Part shown: positions 56,176 to 64,000 of the stretch, in pieces
Layout of the letters: each line of letters opens with the position of its first letter
How positions within the stretch are numbered: position 1 is the stretch's first letter
From: Candidatus Latescibacterota bacterium
Lineage (GTDB): Bacteria; Latescibacterota; UBA2968; GCA-2709665
Assembly: GCA_965237675.1 (NCBI GenBank)
Contig: OZ250150.1
Coordinates: forward strand, 64,001 to 128,000
DNA: 64,000 nucleotides
Direction: 5' to 3'
Program-made: the position numbers and the translations under genes
Notes under the pieces: model-generated
Told to the model about the DNA's origin: nothing
What the model saw: only the letters and a program-made list of their open reading frames with translations
Database searches by the model: none

Positions 56176-57123
56176 ATGCCGCGTCTCTACAGCCGCCAGC
56201 GCCTGTTACTCGGGTTGCTCGACGCGATTGGCGGAGACATGAGCAATACGGACTTTCAGAAGCTTCTATTTCTCTACTGTAAAGAGCTTTCATCACACGG
56301 GGCAACTCAAGGACTTTACGACTTTGTCCCCTACCATTATGGCGCATTCTCGTTTACCAGCTATGCCGACCGCCGCCGCCTGGTGGATTGGGGGCTGCTT
56401 GTGGATAACGACCAGAAATGGGTCCTAACAGAAAACGGGAGTAATATCGCGGGGAATGCAACAAGCAGCGCGATTCGTTCGTTCGCGTATCGATATCGAA
56501 GCGTGCGAGGGGATGCGCTCGTTGCGGATACCTACCGGCGGTATCCGTATTATGCGATACGCAGTGAAATTGCAGACCAGGTCCTCCAGGACGATCAGCC
56601 GACACTTGATCGGATTGAATCCACTCGCCCTCAAGCAGCACCGTCGCGGCTTTTCACCATCGGTTACGAAGGGCGAACGCTGGAATCTTATCTCAATCTG
56701 CTTATTCGCGAAGGCGCGACCCTATTGTGCGACGTGAGACGGAACGCGATCAGCCGAAAGTACGGCTTCTCGAAGACCACACTTGAACGGGCTTGCTCTG
56801 GAGTAGGAATTCGTTACGAACATCTTCCGGAGCTTGGAATAGCTTCCCGTCGACGCCGAGGTCTCAAGACGGAAGCGGATTTCAAAAACCTTTTCGAGAC
56901 CTATGAACAGAAGATCCTGCCAAATCAAGGCGATGCCTTGGAGAAAATCCGAGCTTGGTTGAGGTCGGGCGAGTCCGTCGCACTCACCTGTTTCGAACTT
57001 CAGGCCGACCAGTGCCATCGTCATTGCGTCGCTAACGCGCTCGAAAAGAAAACCGACCAGGACGATCCTGCAGAACGAGAAGGTCGACCCTTCCTCCCCC
57101 ACGACGGCGTAAAACACCTTTGA
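56176..57123 (+). CDS. DUF488 domain protein with N-terminal wHTH/SocA-like domain
   Basis: FQKLLFL..YDFVPYHYGAFS; LFTIGYEG, LCDVR, SRKYGFSK, YEHLPELG, CFE..CHR. Confidence 0.85.
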   Translation: MPRLYSRQRLLLGLLDAIGGDMSNTDFQKLLFLYCKELSSHGATQGLYDFVPYHYGAFSFTSYADRRRLVDWGLLVDNDQKWVLTENGSNIAGNATSSAIRSFAYRYRSVRGDALVADTYRRYPYYAIRSEIADQVLQDDQPTLDRIESTRPQAAPSRLFTIGYEGRTLESYLNLLIREGATLLCDVRRNAISRKYGFSKTTLERACSGVGIRYEHLPELGIASRRRRGLKTEADFKNLFETYEQKILPNQGDALEKIRAWLRSGESVALTCFELQADQCHRHCVANALEKKTDQDDPAEREGRPFLPHDGVKHL

Positions 57124-57125
57124 CC

Positions 57126-57315
57126 GACTTCGCCAGGACGTAGTGCTATCCGGTTTTAGCTGACGGCGGAATGTTGCTCGTACTGGCAGACACAAGACCC
57201 CGATTAACAATTCGTCGGGGTCTTTTCTGTGTCGAACAGCGGCCCGAGATCGTCGCAAAATGCGACGCATTTGGCTCACGGGTGAATTGACCGCCAACGT
57301 CGATTTTCATATATT
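57126..57315 (+). promoter_or_regulatory. Repeated regulatory module copy 3 (upstream of sacsin-like gene)
   Basis: Hairpin 57194-57228; CGTCGCA-aaa-TGCGACG 57251-57267; TTGACC(57287)-17-TATATT(57310). Confidence 0.8.
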
Positions 57316-57377
57316 GGTTCTCTGGCTAATAGCCTCCGTCCAAGATAGTTTGGCTGAAGTTGACCGTTGTTTGCGCT

Positions 57378-57665
57378 ATGAGGATTATATCCAACAAAGG
57401 TACGGACCGCATGGTCCATCTCATCCGGCTCTCGCTATCGCCCGGGCCAATGTTGCAGAGGGTGTAAAGAATGACCGACGGCTTTCCGTGTGCGCTCGAC
57501 CACATCCGATCCATAGCGGACTCGGAATCAGCTAAGGAACGGCTCTTCGAGCTACACAATAGACTTCAGAATCGCTTTAAAATCAAGACTTTATCCTCTT
57601 TCTTAATTCGGACTTTACACAGTCACTGCATCTCTCACGCTCGCAATTGCAAATGTCAGGCATAA
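57378..57665 (+). pseudogene. Two short ORFs resembling N-terminal remnants of defence helicase genes
   Basis: 57378-57467 MRIISNKGTDRMVHLIR.. (recalls SNF2/PLD helicase starts); 57471-57665 ..LDHIRSIADSESAKERLFE (recalls type ISP R-M starts); from memory only. Confidence 0.35.
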
Positions 57666-57669
57666 TGTC

Positions 57670-60600
57670 GTGAACGAAGGCACCAACAAAGACCGCTCGC
57701 CCGACGTCGATGTCCGGCGCAAAGCCGGAATTGTCCGAAGCCCGCTCGATGAAATCAAGGCGATCCAGACCCTGTTGGCGGACGTCTATAAGGATGCCGG
57801 AGACGGACGGACGCTGTTCCGGGAGCTCGTTCAGAACGCCGACGACGCCGGCGCACGACGGCTCAGGCTCACGGTGCTGGAGCGCGGCTGGCCCGACGCA
57901 CCTAACAGCCTGCTCCGCGGCCCGGCCCTGCTGGTAGCGAACGACGGGCCGTTCCCTGCCAAGGACCGCGAGGCTTTGCACAAGGCCATCGGCGGATCCA
58001 AAGAGGACGACGCCAGCAAGATCGGAACGTTCGGCATTGGGCTGAAGAGCGTGTTTCATATCTGCGAGGCGTTCATCTACATCGGTGCTGAGAAGTCGGA
58101 GTGGCGGGCAGGTGTTCTAAACCCGTGGGCCGGGACCGGAGAGAGCGGAGAAGCAGACCCTGTTCACCCCGAGTGGGCTGAGGTCGACGAGCGGCTTCAG
58201 GCCGTGGCGACGGAGTTGATCGGGGATACGAGCAGCGGCCTAATGCTATGGATTCCACTGCGGCGTCCTGAGCATTTGGACCGGGGAGTGGATTGTAGTG
58301 AATATGGAGTAGGGCAACGGTGCACCGAGCCAGAAGAACTCTGCGCTTGGTTCGGGAACTCGGCTTCTCCGGCGCTACTGCTGGCGCAGTGCGGGCATCT
58401 CAAATCTATCGAAGTACACCTCACTGTAGGGCCGGAGAGCCTGCATGATCCCCAGAGACTGGCGCGCGTGGATCGGAAAAAAGACGAATGGGTGGGACGA
58501 CATAAAGATGACAGTCACGAACGGACCACGCGACCTTTCGAAGGTACCATTGAATCTGACGAGCGGAGTTGGTACGTCGTCGGAATCGAGGCGCTAGGCG
58601 GTGACAGCTTGCGTAAGATTCGGTCGCAGCCCAATTGGCCGCAATCTCCGCAGTGGTACGACGGTCGCCATTCCACGGTGCCGAGGAAGGCTCTTGCTCA
58701 CGCTGCGATTTCCGTGCTGAGGCCCGATGCTACGAATACCGAGCTCTTGGGAACGCGAATTCGGTGGGCCGTGTTCCTGCCGCTAGACGACGATCCTGAG
58801 CCGCGTTCCAGCGAGATCGTCGAGAGTGCAGGCACCTCTCCTACCTGGGAGATAATACTGCACGGCTACTTCTGGCCGTCCCAAGACCGAAGGTCCATTC
58901 CCGGCGTCACCGATGTTCTTGGCAACCGTGCGGGCGAAACCGACATGCGTAACCGTTGGAATCGCGCAGTTTGCGATGACTTGCTTTTACCGTTGCTGCC
59001 AAGTGCCCTCGCAAGAGCAGTTGACGGGATAGAGGAACGCGTGGCGCGGAGGCTCCTGGATACTGTTGCCAATTCGAAGATCGTTTTGCACCGCTCAGAC
59101 GCGGTGAAGCGCCGACATTGGCTCCTGCCACTGGTTGCTGCCGACGGGGTTCGATGGGAAGTACGGGACCCGAAAGCGTGTCGCGTTCTTTCCATCCCGA
59201 AATGGAGTCGGGCGCCGGTCGTCGTACGCAGGCAGTTCTTGGCCACCTGGGACCAATGCACGGACGATGTGGTGTTCATTGACGACGACGCGCCAGGTCT
59301 CGTAGGCGAAATCGATGATTGGACGGTTGACCACCTCGAACGCCTGCTGAACAGCATTCCGAACGACGCGTTCGCCGCTCCGCAAGACATGAAGTGGATC
59401 GGCCAAATTATCCGCCACGTTCTCGGCGAATACGCCAACGGCGGCGACATTCTCCCTGTCTTGGTTGTTCGCTGGATCGTCGAGAGAATCGGTCAGGGGG
59501 TACTGACCCAAACGACCCGCCGTGTGTCCGACGAATCACAACGCATTGCCCGTGAAGAGTTGAGGTGTGCCTGGAGATACTTGTTGGCAGCACTGCCGAA
59601 CGAGTGGTTGCTGGATGCGCCCTTGGAAAGCCAGCGGGCAGTCGCCGAACTTGCCGCGGAGGGAGTGATTGGCGAGGGGCTCGTCCCGGTCCCATTCGGG
59701 AGCGAATTAGAACCGCTACCTTCTCGGCCCGATCCAAAGCGACTGGATAATGCGTTGTGTGTCCTGGGTCGGCAGCTGGCGGCGGGTGGTGAATCCGAGA
59801 GATTGCGGCACTCCCGGCTTCTCCTTGCCGAGACCCTGCTTTCTATACGAGGCGACAATCTTCCTTTGAACGATTTGGAGACGCTGCCGTTGCTGCGAGT
59901 AACCAGGATGCCGGAGGATCGGGAGGAAGCTTGGTCCGTGTACAAGCTACGCCGCCAGACCAACACCCGCCGGGTGTTCGCCAGCCAGCCTTCCGTCAAG
60001 GACTCGGATGTACATCAACCGGGACGTTTGTCAGATCCAAAACGGGCGGTAGCAGAACTCGCCACAGCAATTTACGAGGACATTTGGATTCTAATTGACG
60101 CTCGAGTAGCAGCCCTTACGGGTACGCCCTCACCCACCCCAGATGCTCTAGCAAGAGCCGTGATTGGAGCAAAGACGTTCCACCCAGAACCCACGCAGCG
60201 CAAGCACTTAGTCGTCCGGCTCGCACGGGATGGAGGCACCCATGTTTGCGCGGTCCGGGCACTGCTTGCCGGCCGTACTACCGCAGAGGTTGGACAGGAC
60301 ACCGAACTCTTCTTTGCACCGCGCCAGTCTGTTCATGAGCAACAGACATTGGATATTCTGCTTCGTCTTCTCTGCCAGTCTTGGCGAGAAGTCAATGTGG
60401 AGTTGGTGGAATCGCTCTCGCACAACCTCGTTCAAGACCTTTCCGTAAGTCGGGCCGATGCCGGCGCATTTCATCGCCTGCTAAATGACTGTCTGAACAA
60501 AACAGTGGACTGGGCTGGGCTCAGCGACGAGGATGTGCTGCATCTGCTCCAACACTTGTACGGCGGGATGGCTGAAGACCAAGAGCGATGGCGTGCAATG

Positions 60601-63600
60601 CCGCTTCATCGTGACGTTGATGGGAAACGCGGCCCGTTTGATGACCGAGCACTGAGGACAGCAGAAGGTTCGAATGAACTGCGGTTGCCACCGGAACTCG
60701 ATATGACGGTGCGTCTTCTGGATCCGGACCCGTCAGTCGCCCATCTCTACGTTTCGGTTCCTGTTATGGACCGTGATGGCATTCTTCAACGGATGTTGGA
60801 GGACTCGCGCCCGTGGCGCTTCGCCGAATGGATAGTGCAAAGTATTCGGTCCGCCGATGGCAAAATGACGCTGCCACAAGACTCCGACCTGCGCGAACGC
60901 CTGAGACACACATGTTGGCTGCCGGTCGGCGATGACGACGGTGTCGCGCCAGAAGCCGTGCTGATCGCCCCGAAGGAATTGCTGCAGGAAGTCGCCGGAC
61001 TCGCCGTGGCCCGTGCTTTCGGCGACAAACGGCTTCCCGAAGAGGTTCATCCGGAGACATGGCAGATCGCTGAACGGGTTGTTCGAGAAATCCTCGGGCG
61101 TTTGAGTCAGGACCGCCAAGTACAGCGGATTGTGGACGCCTTGTATCCCGATCAAGTCGCGCAGGTGAGTGGTGGTGCATATCTGGTCATGACGGATCCC
61201 GAACTCATCGACGCTTCCCTGATCGAGGACGCCCTGAAAACAACCCTCGTCGATAGCCATCTCGGCTGGAAACTTGTGAATACCTTCCAACGTGTTTTGA
61301 GACACAGCGGTGGTGCTGGATCCCGAGATGCTTCAGAACCGCTCCTGAAGTTGGTGAGAGCGCTCTGTGCGCCCGTACCGCCCGTGCATCAGATTACGAT
61401 GCTGAAGGTCCTCGCCCAATCAAGGCCGGTAAGAGAATCACCGGGTGGACACCTGTTCGGCGAACTATTGGACTGCTTCGCAAAGACGGACGAGTTCTTC
61501 AAGTGCGTTCTGTCAAAGATCGAATTGCCGACGCAGGATGGCAATTGGCATACGAGCCGGGACGTCGCGAGATCCGAGTCCGGCGTGGCACTACGGCACC
61601 GACTCATTTACGAACTCCGCTCCAGCCTCAGATTGAACGGTGACCAGCCGGTACCTCAAAGGAGTAATGTTAAAGGCGGTGAGCGTAGAACTGGACCCGA
61701 TGCCCTAAAGGCTCTTGAGAAATACTTCGAATCGTGGCGCGAGCGAGTCTCGCCGAGCGCTGTGGGCGCGTTCCTGAGTCTGTTGGGCGATGGCCTGCGT
61801 GGCAGCACAGCGAACCTTGCCCAGCGATGGCTTGGCGAAGATGTGAGCCTTAAGGACTTGCGTTCAATGTTGGCAGCCGCAAATCGTTCTGTCCCCTTCG
61901 CCGGAGTCAACGTCTCGGTAAAGCCGGATTTCGCGCGGGGTAACCGAGTTATTGCGATGAACGTCGTTGGATCTTGGGTCGAGATGGAGGCCGACGCCGA
62001 TAACGAGAGTCTGTTTGCAGTCGATCCGGTCAATTATCCCCCCTCCAGGCTCTCAGCACTCGCGGAGTTTGGAGGTCCGTTCTGGGAGATCACGCTGCGC
62101 GATGTCGAGCCGCAAACCCGCACACAATCCGATCTCACTGCTTTGCTTGGTAACACCGTCGAGCGGTGGGCCGTCCAATTCCTCAAGCTGGACCGCGAGC
62201 AGGTGAACCATTGGTGGTCTCAATGGGGGACGGGATCCCAAGCAAACCTCGGTCCAGTACTTGCCTCCATCAGGGCGCACCTGCCCTTGACGCTTAGGCA
62301 ACTCGATGTACAGGAACGTGAGCCATTGCGGGATGCCCTCAGAGATGCGGAACAGGCGCAAAGAAAGCGCGAGCAGGCCCATTCAAGACTATCAGAAGCA
62401 ACTCTCAAGGCAGAAAGAGAAATTCTAGACCGCTTGGCGAAGCTCATTGAAGAGCCTGAGCACCAGACGTTCCTGTGGGAGCGGGTCAACGAACTGATGC
62501 GGCGCTACGGCTACGGACCCGAAAGCGTGCTGCTGGAGCTCGCGCAAAATGCCGACGACGCTCTCGCGCAGGCCGCCGAGATCAAGGGTGGTCCGTTGCC
62601 GCCTGCCACTTGCCGCCTCTTGATCCGAGTCTACGAGCATGACTGTACACCTACCTTGGACATTACGCATTGGGGGCGTCCGATCAACGACACTGGAGGC
62701 CCTGCCTTCCCGGAGGGGCGGGAGCGTCAGTGGGATCAGGATCTTTACTTCATGATGCTCATGAATCTGAGCGGCAAGCCCGGCGAAGCACCCGGAAGGG
62801 CTGCGTCGGCCTCGACCACTGGACGCTTCGGCCTCGGCTTCAAGTCCATTCACCTCGTCTCGGAATCCCCATCCGTTGTCAGTGGCTTTATCAACTTTTC
62901 CATTGCCGGCGGATTGCTGCCGCAGGAACGACAGGTCAAGGACGATGCGGATTCGTGGATGGTGGAAGATCGTCGGCCAACCCGCGTCCGGCTACCACTG
63001 CGCCGGGATGTCGATGCGCACACTCTGATCGAACGTCTGTTCCATCGCTTCGCCTACGCACGCGCCCTGTTGCCGGTCTTCGCCCGGCAACTGCGGGAAG
63101 TCGTCGTGGAGGGCGACTCGTTTGCTGGCGTTCACGTCTTTGACGGCAAACCCATTGCCGGTGCGCCAGGGTGGTCGGTCGGTGCCGAAACTGAGCTGCC
63201 CAACCATGAGGGACGTTGGCGGGTACTACGCTTCCGGCCGGCCGACGCGGGACATGAAGGAATGGGCACGGCGGCACTGGCCGTCGGACTCCGGGAGGGC
63301 GTTCCAACACCCTTCGGCCTGGAGATGCCGTTCCTCTGGAATGTCGCCCCCACGAGCGAGAGCTGGGGCTGCGGGTACGCTGTCAACGGTCCCTTCAAGC
63401 TTGACCCCGGCCGAACCCATGTGTCGCTCGATGACGATGCGACCCTTCGGGTGGCTGGCGGCCTCGGTGATGCGCTTGGAAAGGGCTTGATCCAGCTTCA
63501 CGATGCGCTGGTTTGCCGCACGGACGAGGTTCGGAGGCTGTTGGACCACGGGGACAGTCGGAGTTTCCTGACTGCGCTTTGGAAGGTTCTCGCATCCGGC

Positions 63601-64000
63601 TTGAACAACCCGGACGAACTGCGCCGGGAATTCCTACTGCGACTGCACGGGAACGATCGCGGTCTTTCGGCATGGATGGCCGCACGTCCGGCTGTGCCCT
63701 CCGGTCTTCCGGCCCCCTTTACGCCGGTGCTTCCTCCATTGACTACAAATACGCGGCTTGAAGTCGCCGACGGTGGTTTGGCCAACGCGGACTTTTGCTA
63801 TGCCCTTGCAGAAATCAACGACGAAGACTTCGCGGCATTGGTTGATGACCACTGCATAGTGTCGGCGGAAGTGGCGCAACTTCTGGGTCCATTGTGCGGT
63901 ACGGCTGATACCGACAGGAATTACATCGCACCGACGCGACTCCGCCCGTCCAACCTGTTTGCGAAACTGGCTAAACGGTGGGATCACTGCTTGTCGCCGG
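57670..64000 (+). CDS. Giant sacsin-like protein with two GHKL/HATPase domains (partial, >=2110 codons; absent from ORF track)
   Basis: GTG start; ELVQNADDA..NDG..IGTFGIGLKSVF near 57820-58070 and ELAQNADDA..GRFGLGFKSIH near 62530-62860; read stop-free by hand to about 60660, motifs at 62.5-62.9 kb are in the same frame, and the ORF track lists no terminated ORF in this frame. Confidence 0.9.
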   Translation, partial: MNEGTNKDRSPDVDVRRKAGIVRSPLDEIKAIQTLLADVYKDAGDGRTLFRELVQNADDAGARRLRLTVLERGWPDAPNSLLRGPALLVANDGPFPAKDREALHKAIGGSKEDDASKIGTFGIGLKSVFHICEAFIYIGAEKSEWRAGVLNPWAGTGESGEADPVHPEWAEVDERLQAVATELIGDTSSGLMLWIPLRRPEHLDRGVDCSEYGVGQRCTEPEELCAWFGNSASPALLLAQCGHLKSIEVHLTVGPESLHDPQRLARVDRKKDEWVGRHKDDSHERTTRPFEGTIESDERSWYVVGIEALGGDSLRKIRSQPNWPQSPQWYDGRHSTVPRKALAHAAISVLRPDATNTELLGTRIRWAVFLPLDDDPEPRSSEIVESAGTSPTWEIILHGYFWPSQDRRSIPGVTDVLGNRAGETDMRNRWNRAVCDDLLLPLLPSALARAVDGIEERVARRLLDTVANSKIVLHRSDAVKRRHWLLPLVAADGVRWEVRDPKACRVLSIPKWSRAPVVVRRQFLATWDQCTDDVVFIDDDAPGLVGEIDDWTVDHLERLLNSIPNDAFAAPQDMKWIGQIIRHVLGEYANGGDILPVLVVRWIVERIGQGVLTQTTRRVSDESQRIAREELRCAWRYLLAALPNEWLLDAPLESQRAVAELAAEGVIGEGLVPVPFGSELEPLPSRPDPKRLDNALCVLGRQLAAGGESERLRHSRLLLAETLLSIRGDNLPLNDLETLPLLRVTRMPEDREEAWSVYKLRRQTNTRRVFASQPSVKDSDVHQPGRLSDPKRAVAELATAIYEDIWILIDARVAALTGTPSPTPDALARAVIGAKTFHPEPTQRKHLVVRLARDGGTHVCAVRALLAGRTTAEVGQDTELFFAPRQSVHEQQTLDILLRLLCQSWREVNVELVESLSHNLVQDLSVSRADAGAFHRLLNDCLNKTVDWAGLSDEDVLHLLQHLYGGMAEDQERWRAMPLHRDVDGKRGPFDDRALRTAEGSNELRLPPELDMTVRLLDPDPSVAHLYVSVPVMDRDGILQRMLEDSRPWRFAEWIVQSIRSADGKMTLPQDSDLRERLRHTCWLPVGDDDGVAPEAVLIAPKELLQEVAGLAVARAFGDKRLPEEVHPETWQIAERVVREILGRLSQDRQVQRIVDALYPDQVAQVSGGAYLVMTDPELIDASLIEDALKTTLVDSHLGWKLVNTFQRVLRHSGGAGSRDASEPLLKLVRALCAPVPPVHQITMLKVLAQSRPVRESPGGHLFGELLDCFAKTDEFFKCVLSKIELPTQDGNWHTSRDVARSESGVALRHRLIYELRSSLRLNGDQPVPQRSNVKGGERRTGPDALKALEKYFESWRERVSPSAVGAFLSLLGDGLRGSTANLAQRWLGEDVSLKDLRSMLAAANRSVPFAGVNVSVKPDFARGNRVIAMNVVGSWVEMEADADNESLFAVDPVNYPPSRLSALAEFGGPFWEITLRDVEPQTRTQSDLTALLGNTVERWAVQFLKLDREQVNHWWSQWGTGSQANLGPVLASIRAHLPLTLRQLDVQEREPLRDALRDAEQAQRKREQAHSRLSEATLKAEREILDRLAKLIEEPEHQTFLWERVNELMRRYGYGPESVLLELAQNADDALAQAAEIKGGPLPPATCRLLIRVYEHDCTPTLDITHWGRPINDTGGPAFPEGRERQWDQDLYFMMLMNLSGKPGEAPGRAASASTTGRFGLGFKSIHLVSESPSVVSGFINFSIAGGLLPQERQVKDDADSWMVEDRRPTRVRLPLRRDVDAHTLIERLFHRFAYARALLPVFARQLREVVVEGDSFAGVHVFDGKPIAGAPGWSVGAETELPNHEGRWRVLRFRPADAGHEGMGTAALAVGLREGVPTPFGLEMPFLWNVAPTSESWGCGYAVNGPFKLDPGRTHVSLDDDATLRVAGGLGDALGKGLIQLHDALVCRTDEVRRLLDHGDSRSFLTALWKVLASGLNNPDELRREFLLRLHGNDRGLSAWMAARPAVPSGLPAPFTPVLPPLTTNTRLEVADGGLANADFCYALAEINDEDFAALVDDHCIVSAEVAQLLGPLCGTADTDRNYIAPTRLRPSNLFAKLAKRWDHCLSP

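Noticed and set aside
33000-57700. Integron cassette array or tRNA-anchored integrative element
   Set aside because: No tyrosine recombinase, no convincing attC sites and no tRNA gene seen in the window
57583-63987. Numerous short ORFs listed in the track over the last 6.4 kb
   Set aside because: They overlap the single long sacsin-like frame and carry no recognisable motifs

Overview
GC-rich bacterial window with two halves. The gene repertoire (PorV + T9SS-type CTD protein + TonB receptor, dockerin-like EF-hand modules, TPR/FN3/cadherin/ASPIC proteins) suggests an FCB-group organism such as Latescibacterota/Gemmatimonadota, possibly host-associated; this is inference only. The left half (1-32.6 kb) is an envelope, uptake and catabolism region: a TonB receptor-CTD protein-PorV-TPR operon, an Opp-type ABC transporter split by an opposite-strand lyase-like gene, several hydrolases and oxidoreductases, and two homocysteine S-methyltransferase paralogues separated by an unusual 4 x ~200 bp array that contains silent, synonymously diverged copies of one gene's 3' end. 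The right half (33-64 kb) is a defence island: HEPN/MNT, two orphan antitoxins, an AT-rich HNH gene, a type I R-M locus whose hsdM is split by an IS1380 element, a single-chain SIR2-APAZ-short pAgo, an OLD-like ATPase-TOPRIM protein, DUF488, and a >2100-codon double-GHKL sacsin-like ORF that the ORF track misses. A ~200 bp hairpin/palindrome/sigma70-promoter module occurs three times in front of defence genes, and the island holds many gene-end remnants. All family calls come from motif recognition by eye, not from database searches.
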